Assembly: GCA_011109175.1 (NCBI GenBank)
Contig: RDEW01000008.1
Location: 5,228-69,227 of the forward strand
DNA from: Dicyema japonicum
Taxonomy: Eukaryota > Animalia > Dicyemida
DNA: 64,000 nucleotides
Direction of reading: 5' to 3'
How positions within the stretch are numbered: the first letter of the stretch is position 1; the number at the start of each line of letters is the position of its first letter. Both the position numbers and the translations under genes were made by a program. Below are positions 12,571 through 25,049 of this stretch, in pieces. A model generated the notes under the pieces. The model made no database searches. It was not told the origin of the DNA and worked only from the letters and a program-made list of their open reading frames with translations.

Positions 12571-12773
12571 TTTTAATGAGAAACAATAATTGCATAAGAG
12601 ATTCCAAAAAATATTCACAAAAGGAAAATTTGATTATAATTTTAAAAAAGAAAATATGATGAACGCTACCTCTCGTATGGGTTTTCTCAAAACGGATCTG
12701 ATTTACCGCATACAGAAGAATGTGTAATATTATTTCAAGTTCCATAAACCCTGAAACATGTTTATCAATTAAT

Positions 12774-12990
12774 TCAGATGCTTTTTGAATTAATTTCACG
12801 AACACATGTTATCTTTTCGTTTATTTTCATCCAACAATTGACAATCGTTGTTGTTGTTACTCGACTCCAAGCTTCACTTACAAATGCAATTATTTGCCTC
12901 ATATTAATCTTCATTAGGGTTGAATAGTATTCCTTAACATCGTCAAGACATAGCATTTCATAAAGAACGTTGTTATAATATTTCACAGGC
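12774..12990 (-). mobile_element. Tigger/pogo transposase C-terminal relic
   Basis: AFVSEAWSRVTTTTIVNCWMKI motif. Confidence 0.7.
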
Positions 12991-13499
12991 GCTACGCGTT
13001 ACATAATGCTCAAATTTACAATTTCAAGCATTTTTAATAAACTTTACACATGTTTTTCTCATTTATTATATTTAAAATTAAAAAATTCTAATTTAAATAT
13101 TTTTAGAAGGCGCAACAGTTTTTAAATTTTAAATAGCATAATACAGGCGTGTTTTATAAAGTTAAGATGATGCCTCGGTGTTTCGTTAAAAACAGCCCAG
13201 GAATAAATTAATATAATGGAAGAGAAGGGGATCGTCGATCTAATGACAAGACAAAAAATACCGATTAAATCAAAAATCAAATAATTTTTTATTTATCAAT
13301 GGGAGGTTATACCTTAGAGAAAATTGCAAACCACAAAATTGTCATCTTCTCTAATAATTAGTGACCTTGCAAATTCATCAATTGACCTATTGTGGACACA
13401 ACACATTGGAATAATATTGCAATGAAAGATATTTTTTCGTGAAAAGAAAATTATTCGGAGTGGTGTCAGAATGTGATATTCCATGTAGGAGAATTATGT

Positions 13500-13650
13500 G
13501 ACTGCTTGAACGTCTAACAAATTCATAGTAGGCCTAACAATCCAAGGAGTCAAAGGATTATCGAACGCTTCAATCAGACAATCACAAGATCATTATCTAA
13601 GATGATGTCCGAAGATAAGTGTTGGACTAAAAGCATAAAGGAAGCATTTG
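13500..13650 (+). mobile_element. Ginger-like integrase core relic (third subfamily)
   Basis: QIHSRPNNPRSQRIIERFNQTITRSLSKMM, homologous to the integrase at 3030-3110. Confidence 0.75.
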
Positions 13651-13689
13651 GAGTGGACATGACGTTAATGGTAATTGATTCAATGCACA

Positions 13690-13985
13690 TACAACGAGCG
13701 AAAATTCGACCAAATCGCACATATTGACGGGATCTTCCGTTCGACATCGGAGTGTATCTCCAACTTCCGGCTTGAGGAATACTCACGGAAGCAGGCCAAA
13801 CTGGCATTCAGATTCGGAAAGCTTGGAATCATAGACATTTCTCCCTGTATATCTCTCGTCGCTAATGGCCTGTAGCACCCTTGTCAAGAGGATTCTACAC
13901 TCCCTCCCTGAATTCTCTCCATACCAGGACGTCGTTAATGCTCATGAGGACTGGAGCCGTACCTATTAGTTTTCCCAACCTCACA
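13690..13985 (+). mobile_element. CRE-like RT fragment
   Basis: IDGIFRSTSECISNFRLEEYSRKQAKLAFRFGKLGI aligns to the QCKLP..GG.GI region of the CRE copies. Confidence 0.55.
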
Positions 13986-13995
13986 TGATCATTAC

Positions 13996-16900
13996 TAAGG
14001 CGAATTTTTTTTAACCTAAAAAAATTAACCCAAAAATTTAACTTTATAACTAAACAATAAAAACACTAGAACTTTTTGTTACACATACAAATTACATAAT
14101 TTTCTAAATTTCCTGGTAGAAAATGTCTGTTGGATCTTAAAAAAATCTTTAACTCAGAAAAACATCGTTCAACCGAGCACTAAATTGGCTAACAATTCAG
14201 GAGTAATGAATACTCGGAAGGAGATATGTATGAATTAGTCATTTTAATTATGTTTGAAATATCATTTTTGAAGCCTTTGATTTATGTATTCCTTAATAAA
14301 TTTGTTGTCATTTCCAAATTCCAACGATTCTAAACCATCATATGCTTATTCAATTGTGAATCGTTTACTTTGGTGATAATATCTGCAATAGCGACATTAT
14401 TCGGAAACCTGGAATGTTCGAATAGCTTCGGATGAGGTCACATAGACTGCTAACTAACACGTGGTTTTTAAGACTTTCTTTAGCTGTTCGAACTAGATAT
14501 TCATCATCCGCGAATGATTCGAAAATATTTTGAACTCCGATCAGATTTTCTGAATAGTATATAGTGGCCTTAAGCCAGGTCCACCATCTTGTCAAATGCA
14601 CACGAGTTGGAATGGCGATGTTTCTGTCTTTGAATATTAGTTTTCTTCTATTGTTCTTGTTAATTTATTTTCTCACAACAATTGTGTAATAGATTAACGC
14701 CACATGTGACATGGAATAACTTGGGGTAAAGATTTTTAAGTATTTTGCCAGCTGAAACATAAACATAAAATTTTACCTGATTTCATATAATTTGCAGGAA
14801 AATTTTCCTTTTGAACCAAGGTATTTCGAAGTGCATCGTCGACTATCTGAGTAATGATGTTCTTGTTAGGAGCAGATTCTATTGCCTTAAACGATATTAG
14901 ATATGTTGTTTCAGGAGAATTTAACGATCCAATCATCACAGCAACGTATCTTTGACCCCGGATTTTTGTTTCATCCGTAATAGCAAAAACTTTTTGATTG
15001 CTACAGAATAAAGTAAATTTTTATACATAAGTTTTTGTTCAATTTTCGATCCATTATGATTTGATCCACACAGCTTCTAGCTTTTGATAATGAGGGAACT
15101 CGTACAGATCATTAGTAAAGCAATTCTCTAAGCCACGGCACAGATAGTTTGTTTAGTGGAATATCAGATTTTATAAATGCTCTGGTTACTTGTAGAGTTC
15201 AATCATCATTTTTGGAATATTGGTCAATGTGTGTTTGGTCCGATTCGGTTAGATAATCTACAAAAAATATTGCAAAACTCAATGAATTTTGATGTTTTTG
15301 TGAGGCTCCATGGGAATTTACAAAATGCCTTTTCTCGCATTTTATATTGCACAAACAGAGTCGACAATATAGCGCACCATCCTCAAGAAACATACATTTT
15401 TTAGGATAATCCTTTACAATGGCCTTAGCTTTAATTCGGTACAATTTTGCTATCTTAGGCATGTCAGCCAAAAATTTTAGTGACAACATATATTATTATT
15501 ATTATTAAAGCACTTTCACGAAAGCCATAATGATTATAGCCCCGCATGTGCAACACTCAAAGAAACAATATTTATAGTTAGTCTTTTCCATCTTCCTCTG
15601 TCGAATGCGAGTGATCTCAATTCGTCCAGGTCGTCTCCCGTCTTTAGATTTTTTGTCACACGATTTAAGTCTTTGTTTAGGGCTGTCGGAAGTGTAGATC
15701 TAGGTCGTCCGCGGAAGGGTTTTTCGCATCTGTCAAAGTAATCTTCCATCGTTTTGTTAGCGGGTGCGTCCGGGTTCATTCTTAGTACATGGCCAAATAG
15801 CCTCTACCGGGCATCTATCACATCCTTGCTGATGTAAGAACACATACACTTGTTGTAGATACCAGTGGTTGATATTCTACGTGGCCACTCCATTCCGAGT
15901 AAGCTTCTTAGTTGCCTTCTATGGAACGAATCCAGTTTCAATAGTTTGTTGAAGAAACTTCCTTATGTCCCAGCGTAGTACAGTAGGATCGGTTTCACAA
16001 ACGCGTTGTAAAGCCTGCATCTGATGTCAATTCCAAGTCCTTTGGCCCTTAGCCATCCTTTCTTCAGTTTAGCCATTGCCGCATTTGCCAGTGTTTTCCT
16101 CCTTAGTACATCTTCAGCGTCTCCTAGTAGAGAGCCGAGCTTATTAGTACGTCTCCATCTTTCTTGAGTAATATCGTCTTCTCTTTTGATTTCCGTAATT
16201 TCAGTTTTGTTAACATTTACGCTGAGAAACCATTTCTCAAGCTCCGCAGGTGCATTTTCTAGCAGGTGTTGGAGTGCGGTCACATCCCGTGATACAAAAT
16301 CCACATCATCCGCATAAGATGTCTCTTCTATGTCTCCTATATAGCATTTACGGAGGTCGCGGAGTGCAGATTCAAGGTATATGGTGAATAGTAAAGGGGA
16401 GAGGGAATCACCCTGGGGTGTCCCAATCGTTGTTTTGAAACTGCGGGAAGTTGCTCCTTCTGTCCTCACAGATAGTCTTGTGTTCGCAAGTAGTAGTCTG
16501 ATTATCCTAACCGACGATTCATCCAATATTTGCTCAAGCACATTCATCAGTTTCTGTCTGTTTATTGAGTCGAAAGCTCTGGAGAGATCTATTCCCAACA
16601 CGGTTGTTGCGCTCTTGAATCTTTGGTGCGTTGCGCAGCGCCATCTGTGGCTCCATACAATGTCTGCCGTAGACCTCCCTTCTCGGAACCCACTTTGACT
16701 TGCTGGTAGGTATAGATTCGCCATACCCTTTATCCGGCTTAGTGCAATGTTTGCCAGCACCTTGCGTATCGAATTCAGAAGTATTATCGGGCGGAGATTT
16801 TCTACTGGTCCTTTTGATTTGTTCGGTTTTTGTATGGGTATTAATAATCCATTTCCAAGTCCTAGATCGGTATTAGTTTCAAAGACGGCATTTAGGGTTT

Positions 16901-17544
16901 TTGCAATTGTGTCGCTAAGTTTTTTTGGCCCATATTTTAAGAGCTCAGGGCTTATATTGTCCGGCCCAGCACTCTTGTTGTTCTTCAGTTTATTTATCGC
17001 TAATTCCACCTCTTCCACTGTGATTGGGATTTTTAGTGCCTTTGCCTTTTCCTTGGAAAGGGGGAAAGTCATTATTTTCTTTATTCAACAGTGTTTCGAA
17101 GTGTCGTGCAATCAATTCTGCTTTTTCTTTCGGGTTACCTACGAATTTTCCATCTTTGTCTTTGATGTGAAGGATGTTTTGTCCTTTCTTTGTCCGCAGC
17201 AGCCGCAAAGCCGCATACATCCTTGAATTGTCTTTTAGACATTCCACATCTTTTAATAGGGATGTAATAATTTCCCGTGAATGTTTTCTGTTCATCTTTT
17301 TGATTTTCCACTTTAGTTCCCTTTGTTGGATATTAAGCTCTTTTTTTTACTCTCGTCTGACGTGTTTGATATTATTAATAGTTAATTTATAAAATAAATT
17401 AAATCAAAAAATAAATTTTAACTTTTTAACCTAATAATTTTGTTTAATATAGATTTATTTATAATAAAATAGAGTTAAAAATCATTTTAATGATTATTTA
17501 TTTACTATTATTTAATTTTTACTTTTTTAACTTAGTTCGCCCTA
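13996..17544 (-). mobile_element. Complete hAT DNA transposon (CGGBP1-like transposase), interrupted by an RTE
   Basis: Termini TAAGGCGAA / TTCGCCCTA with an exact 8-bp TSD ATCATTAC (13988-13995, 17545-17552). The transposase at about 14075-15489 has a BED finger (LYCRLC..HFVNSH...KH), a 26-nt intron at 15001-15026 and the dimerisation motif CSVERCFSELK. Confidence 0.9.
15490..17368 (-). mobile_element. RTE-clade LINE family B, 5'-truncated, (TAA)n tail
   Basis: A 369-aa RT ORF (SAGPD, LRPIILLN, QSGFREGRST, DLSRAFDS, GTPQGDSLSP, YADD). Possible TSD ATATTATTA. Confidence 0.93.
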
Positions 17545-17659
17545 ATCATTACAAAAACACATATGAAACGCATCAAAAAAATAATTAAAGATGAATAATT
17601 TTTACATGATCTTAATTTTAAATTAATAAAAAAACTTTTTTCTCAATATCTTTTTAAGA

Positions 17660-18150
17660 AGCGTTTGCAGCTCTTACTTCAAAGTAAACCGCACAATGAA
17701 AGTGTTGCTAAAGGAAGTAATGTTGCCAGGAAGATCGGAGACAATAAAGATTTGGTCAAGCCAACTTGAACAGGATGGAATCCATCACTCCTAAGAATAC
17801 GACCTCGGATATTGGTATGCAGACGGATAGACCACCAGTGTCCTCGTTGACAGTGGATCCCAAACACAGTCACTAAGTCAATCAGCGAATACAAATGATC
17901 CGAATGGACTGGAAAAACCCACGGTAAACAGAAATGTTCAGGGAGAGGAACGTTTTCATAATATTGTCGAACAATTATCTAAAAATATTAAAAACATGAC
18001 AAGAACGAAGAAGGATGCCAAGTTTTTACTTGGTCTGGTGGCGCTTCTAAGAAAAGAGGACAGCCACCAAATAAGTCAGATATAACCAGGATTACCCTGG
18101 TTAATGCCCGTTCTCTTAAGAAGCGGGCTGCGGAGCTGGTAGCCTCAGGA
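17660..18150 (+). mobile_element. LINE fragment including the start of the APE domain
   Basis: RITLVNARSLKKRAAEL, similar to IVLVNARSL at 29150. Confidence 0.5.
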
Positions 18151-18329
18151 CAAACTCGCTGGCTTCTCCCTTTTTAATTAGTTTTTAATTAGTAACGAGT
18201 TTGTTACGTTAATAAAGTGTCTATCTATCTAGTACTAAATTGATCAAATTATATATATTAATTTGATAAATTAAATCAAAAATAAATTGTCGTAATCATT
18301 AAAAAAATCTTCGACTTTATTTCTGTCAC

Positions 18330-18957
18330 ATGAGTTCTTTTCACCCAAAATTACTGTGCATATTAATTCATGGCGCTTTTTAAATCGATCCAACTATCTA
18401 TTTGATGCTTTGAAATCATTGAAGTCAAGATTAGCTGCATTTTTCGCAATAGTTTTGAAGAGAAATCCTGAAACTGAAATACCATTCTCTCTCAAATTTT
18501 TAGACTTCGAATACTAATCGATCAATTCGAATAGAAATATCTGATTCGAACTTCTTAGATGAGAGTTCATCAGAGCATATTTGTGTTTTTGAAACCCCTT
18601 TTCCGATTTTTTTAATTTGTGAGACAGTTCATTTTCCAATATTGTATAATTGACAAATATTTCTTTCTGACATATTTTCTTTCATTAAAAATCGGAAATC
18701 TTTTTCAGGTGGGGACTAAGCTTCGCAGGCATGCTTAAAAATATTTTAAAATTAATTAAATAAAGATAAAAATGAAATAATAAATTTTAATATTATCGAT
18801 TGAAAAAGTGCCCTAATAAGCGGAGTTTTGTATTTTAAATTTAGGCTTCTTATTGGTCAAAAAATGTAAAAATCATTTAAAATAATATTTATTAAAAAAA
18901 TCGCCCCCGAAACAGAGGGTAATCCTTTTTTTATTGGGGCGGGGTCGTATTGTACAT
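18330..18957 (-). mobile_element. Tigger/pogo 5' portion (CENP-B HTH)
   Basis: ENGISVSGFLFKTIA...FKASN..LDRFKKRH. Confidence 0.75.
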
Positions 18958-18999
18958 GCTTTGCCGTTCTGAAAGTATCTTGATGAATCAAAATGATCA

Positions 19000-19551
19000 T
19001 TGGACGACACAGTACTTCAGAAAATTAAAGATCATTTGGTAATTTTGGATGATAACATTGCGAAATATTTTCCGGATAAATTTGATGACGATTGGGTTCA
19101 AAATCCATCCAAAGTTAAGTATACCAGCATATCTAACATCAATTGAATATGCTTATTGCTTTGACATCAGAATCAACCTCAAATCACATATATAAAATCA
19201 ATCACTTTTTAATTTTTGGAGAGCATACATTTCAAAATATTTTGATATCTCAGAAAAGGGTACACTATTAGCTTTTCCAACGACTTACTTATGCGAGTCG
19301 GGGTTTTCAATATATACATCTACCAAAACAGAATATAAAAATCAACTCATTGCTTCAGTTGTCAACAATATCTCCTAACGTTACACAACTATGCTATGAT
19401 AAAAAGTTACCCCAATGTTCCTATTAAAATTGTTTTTGGTTATTACGATTATGTTTTAAGTGACAATTTTAATAATTGAATTGGAAGGGTTCCGCAAAAA
19501 ATAAATGAGTCTAAAAGGGTTCCGCGAGCACTTTAAGGTTGGGAACCACTG
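19000..19551 (+). mobile_element. Buster-type hAT, 3' end with right TIR
   Basis: KDHL...KYFP...DWVQNP and FPTTYLCESGFS motifs. It ends in ggttgggaaccactg, the reverse complement of CAGTGGTTCCCAACC. Confidence 0.85.
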
Positions 19552-19569
19552 GTATAAGGAAACGGTCGC

Positions 19570-19960
19570 AGAAAGCTCATTTAATAATCGGAATTTGTGG
19601 TGAACTTGGATGAAGATTTATTATGTTCGAAATGCTCGATTGTCATAAACTGTGATAAAAAATTTGCAGTTGATGCACATCGTAAAACCGCGAAGCATCG
19701 AAAAGGACAAAGAAAAATATCTATTTTAACCGTTAGATGACTGCTCATTAAAAAATGTGCTGACAATTATGTCAGATAATCCCGGTGATCGAATTATTTT
19801 GTCTTTGATAGTTACCATAGCTTTCATCAAAGTAAATATTCCTTTTTATAAGATGAGGTGTGCTTCTTTTTTAGATCTTTTTGCATAGGAAATTTTTTCA
19901 TTACCTTCTGAAACGACAACCAAATCAAGTAAAGTTTATTTCTCGCGAAAAATGAATGAG
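19570..19960 (+). mobile_element. hAT N-terminal BED-finger relic
   Basis: LLCSKCSIVINCDKKFAVDAHRKTAKH and AFIKVNIPFYK. Confidence 0.7.
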
Positions 19961-20239
19961 ATTGTATTCTATTTAAGGTTCCTTATTTAAAAATTGTAAT
20001 AGGGGACAATATGTGTTTTTATCTTGATGAGGCACAGTTAAATGGAAGAAGATACATAATTTTTTTAATATGAAACAATTTATTACGGGAAAAAATGAGC
20101 AAATGATCATATAGTGGCCGCTTTGATTGTGTGTATTTCTTCTCATGATGACGATTGAGATTCGCTCTGCTTGCAAATATCTCATGGTTTGTTTGGTCAT
20201 TATTGTAGATCAAGCCCACAGTCGATGATGACTTGAAGG

Positions 20240-21490
20240 AAGAATTCCATGAATACGCCTATTCTAAAGCCTGGAAAACCAAAAGACGTTCCTTCTTCCC
20301 GCCCCATAACTTGTGTCTTATCAAAAGTGCTGGAAAAGCTTGTATTAATGCGTATCTCTTCTGTTCTACAACTACTAGAATTTCGACATGGTTTCAGGAC
20401 AGACCGTTCTACAACGATTCATGGGTTCTATCTCCCAGTTTATTACTGACGGCTCTAACATGAGAACACACTTACGGACGACCTTAGTTTCCATCTATAT
20501 ACAGAAGGCCTTTGATTCTGTTCCAAGGAAACTCTTAACGCAAATTTTTAATTCTAACTTACATAAGAACATCAAGCTATGGTTGGAAAATTTCTTAACT
20601 GATCGACACGGAAGGGTCCGGATTGACAAAACCACTTCAAAATCGAGACTACTCACCAATAAGGTCCCGCAAGGCTCCCTTTTATTTCCTCTCCTTTTAA
20701 ACCTATTTCTATATGACCTCCTACTACCAATGACCAGGACACAATGTCTTTATCCTATGCGGACGACCTAATTATCGCTAAAGATAAATCAAATCTTCTA
20801 CAGTGGCTGTAGCAATTGTCCAGTCACACCTAAATTGGGTATGTGACTGGCTATCTGCAAATATGTTATGAGTGTCAACATCTAAATCCTGGGTCACCAT
20901 TTTCACTACTGATAGAAGACTTAAGGATGGACTCGAACTGTTTTTTAGAGATACTTCTATCTCTTCTACGCGGACCCAGAAAATCCTTGGGGTAGTCTTC
21001 GACTCTCTAGTGACGTTCTCGAGTCACGCGGAGGAAGTGCTTGCTAAGGGCTTTCGGAAATGAAACATTTTAAAAGCGATCATAAAGAAGAGCCCCTTCC
21101 CTCCTGCTGCTTACTTCAACAAGGTCTACCAACAAGTCATTGTTCCTACTATTGAATATGCCTGCTCTACCTGGAGATTTGCCATTCCCTCTTAGAGAAT
21201 AAATCGTTTGAATTTTCTCAGGCGGAAAATTATGCACCACACTGACATCTTCATTGGCGGCCTCGTCTCTGATGAGGCAACATTTGAGAATGGCCAGGGT
21301 TTCCAATGTTTGTGCAAGGAACTGGGAAACCCATTCAATGACAAAGTGGCCTATGCAGAGGAATTTCGGTCGGTTATAAAATTAGTGCACGCCAATTGAA
21401 ATCTTATGCAGAAAGAAGAGAAGGCGCTTCTGGAATGCAGTTGGGTCATTAAAAGACCAGAAGAAGAGAGTTCGGATTAGGCCAATTTAA
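20240..21490 (+). mobile_element. LINE family A, RT and 3' portion
   Basis: PILKPGKP, KAFDSV, VPQGSLL and YADD motifs. Highly similar to 37780-38870 on the opposite strand. Confidence 0.9.
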
Positions 21491-21683
21491 GTGCTAAAAT
21501 GCTATTTTTATTGTTTATACTTTTTTTAATATAAAATTGAATTTGGAATAATTATTTTTTAATTTTGTTAAAAAAACATACATTATAATTAAATGCTAAT
21601 TTAAATTTCATTTAAAAAATCATTTTAATGTCAACCATTAAATGATAATAAAATGATTTAGCACGCTTTATAGTATTTTTAGT

Positions 21684-22025
21684 GATGCCAAACCCAAGTG
21701 TTCGTTGCTTAAGAAGGCTAAGCGTATAGTCTCGGAATTCAAATATAAGTTCTGTATTGCTGACGATGGCCTTTTATTTTGTTCTCTTTGTTTATCCAAA
21801 GTCAACTGTTCAAAAAAATTTTCAGTTGATTCTCATCGTTCTTCTTTAAAACATCAGAACAATATGCGTATAAATTTGTTAATACAATTGTAGTTCATTC
21901 ATGTAATTCAGTTAAACAACATTAACTGAATCAATCAAGGTAGATTCAGTTAATGAAACGATCACGGAAGCTTTTGTACAAGCAAACATCCCGTTATACA
22001 AACTAAACATCCGTTAAAAAAAGCA
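21684..22025 (+). mobile_element. hAT N-terminal BED-finger relic, cut by an RTE
   Basis: LFCSLCLSKVNCSKKFSVDSHRSSLKH and TEAFVQANIPLYKL. Confidence 0.75.
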
Positions 22026-22029
22026 CCTG

Positions 22030-23792
22030 ACTGGAAAAAAATACATTGAAAACGCGAAGAAGGCGAGACAAAGGCCCAATATATACTTTCAGATAGAAAA
22101 ATTGTGGTTAGAGCCCACTTGTAGAGCTAAATATCACGAACAAATCGAGACTCTTATGGACAAAACCGCACCGGAATCATCAGTACGAACTCTGTAGGAT
22201 CAAACAAAGCAGATAATCTCCAATTCGGCCAATGTATGCCTTGTAGTGCAAAATCATCACGCCCAAAAATTGAATCATCACCCGAACGTGTCAGATGTGG
22301 CAGAGAATTGCAGAGAACTACGGCTAAAAACAGCAAACACGTCCGACGAGAGTAAAAAAAAGAGCTTAATTTCAAACAAAGTGAACTAAAATAGAAAATC
22401 AAAAAGATGAACAGAAAACACTCACGGGAAACTAATACATCCCTATTAAAAGATTTGGAATGATTAAAAGACAATTCAATGATGTATGCGGCTTTGCGGC
22501 TGCTGCGGACAAAGAAAGGACAAAACATCCTTCACATCAAAGACAAAGATGGAAAATTCGTAGGTAACCCGAAAGAAAAAGCAGAATTGATTGCACGACA
22601 CTTCGAAACACTGTTGAATAAAGAAAATAATGACTTTCCCCCTTTCCAAGGAAAGCAAAGGCGATAAAAATACCAATCACAGTGGAAGAGGTGGAATTAG
22701 CGATAAATAAACTGAAGAACAACAAGAGTGCTGGGCCGGACAACATAAGCCCTGAGCTCCTAAAATATGGGCCAAAAAAACTTAGCGACACAATTGCAAA
22801 AACCCTAAATGACGTCTTTGAAACTAATACCGATCTAGGACTTGGAAATGGATTATTAATACCCATACAAAAACCGAACAAATCAAAAGGACCAGTAGAA
22901 AATCTCCGCCCGATAATACTTCTGAATTCGATACGCAAGGTGCTGGCAAACATTGCACTAAGCCGGATAAAGGGTATGGCGAATCTATACCTACCAGCAA
23001 GTCAAAGTGGGTTCCGAGAAGGGAGGTCTACGGCAGACATTGTATGGAGCCACAGATGGCGCTGCGCAACGCACCAAAGATTCAAGAGCGCAACAACCGT
23101 GTTGGGAATAGATCTCTCCAGAGCTTTCGACTCAATAAACAGACAGAAACTGATGAATGTGCTTGAGCAAATATTGGATGAATCGTCGGTTAGGATAATC
23201 AGACTACTACTTGCGAACACAAGACTATCTGTGAGGACAGAAGGAGCAACTTCCCGCAGTTTCAAAACAACGATTGGGACACCCCAGGGTGATTCCCTCT
23301 CCCCTTTACTATTCACCATATACCTTGAATCTGCACTCCGCGACCTCTGTAAATGCTATATAGGAGACATAGAAGAAACATCTTATGCGGATGATGTGGA
23401 TTTTGTATCACGGGACGTGACCGTACTCCAACACCTACTAGAAAATGCACCTGCGGAGCTTGAGAAATGGTTTCTCAGCGAAAATGTTAACAAAACTAAA
23501 ATTATAGAAATCAAAAAAGAAGACGATATTACTCATGAAAGATGGAGACGTACTAATAAGCTCTGCTCTCTACTAGGAGACGCTGAAGATGTTCTAAGGA
23601 GGAAAACACTGGCAAATGCGGCAATGGCTAAACTGGAGAAAGAATGGCTAAGGGCCAAAGGACTTGGAATTGACATCAGATGCAGGCTTTACAACGCGTT
23701 TGTGAAACCGATCCTACTGTATAACGCTGGGACATGGGGAAGTTCCTTCAACGAACTATTGAAACTGGATTCGTTCCATAGAAGGCAACTAA
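22030..23792 (+). mobile_element. RTE family B copy 2 (truncated at both ends)
   Basis: A 397-aa RT ORF, nearly identical inverted copy of 15905-17368. Confidence 0.93.
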
Positions 23793-23799
23793 GCAGGAG

Positions 23800-24240
23800 A
23801 TTACATGGACGACATAATGGGGAGGAAAAAGAGAGCTTTTTAGTCGCTCCTATGTACACGGAAGTTACACGTTAGCCGTGACACTTACCTGTTTATCTTA
23901 AAGGGAGTTATTCTTCCTAGTCTACTTTATGGGTTGAGAGGTGGTTCTTCTCTCCGAAGAGGAAGAAGATCTTATCGCTCCTAGAGAATACTAGGAGAGC
24001 TGCAATTAAGCTCTCCTTAAAAAAGAAACTGAATGACTGTCTAAGCGAGGACGAAAATAACCTGTTAGAACCGATTATCATGATTGTGGAGGATCGGAGC
24101 AATGGTTTCAGGAGATCAAAGATCCAGGACACATATATAAAGCTGGGAGAAACGTCCTGAAAAAAATTAAAAAAAGGAGGGAGGGTCCAGGTCTGGAGTC
24201 CCAGCCTTATGGTAGGACTCAGGTTTAACACCCTCCAGAA
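23800..24240 (+). mobile_element. 3' fragment of a different LINE
   Basis: LFILKGVILPSLLYG resembles the RT thumb motif. Confidence 0.45.
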
Positions 24241-25049
24241 AATTCATTAACTCTTTTGTTAATAATAACAAAATTTATGTCATAATTTCTTAATTCGATA
24301 TTGAGCCATTTATAAGAGCTCGCCTGAGTGGAGAGCCTTTTTACCTGATTAATAAGAGCTACGTTCTAGTCTCTTCTCTATGAGTTCAGCTCATATGAGA
24401 TATTTCCTTTTATTAAAGCTACTATTCGACATCGAAGGTAAAAATCAGATTTTCAGGATATCCCCAGATCCTTGCCTAGATGAATCAAGGGTCCTGACCG
24501 TTAACTCACCACCACAATTGTGCTTTAAGCACGCATCTCAACTTCCCTTGCGAAAATCTCCATAGATATCTCCTATTATAGGGACCACATGATATTGAAA
24601 AAAGTTATGGGTTGAAAATGCCTATTATCAGAGTAAATCGACTAATCAACAACAAAAAGAAAATGTTAAAACACCGTTCATTAGAATATATTAATGTCTG
24701 AATAATTAGGGAGACACGTATCCACATTTATTACATACCCACTGTCTCATTGAAAATAAATAGTATATTCCACATGGGAAAAGACAAATGGCCAAATATA
24801 TACTATAATACGAATATTCTGCATGATAAATTCCATTCTAGGATAAATATAAAAATAAACTGGGCAGTTAGTACAATTTCCCCGTGTTTCATTCGTTTGC
24901 ATTTTTAAGTGATTATAATATTTATTGTTTTATAGGTTCGCCATACTAATTAATATATGATGTCAGTTTTAAAATTAAATTAATGATTCGTTGGTCCTCA
25001 TGAATAGTACTCTGAAATGTTTCTTTAAAGACTAGACTGAATTGAATTT

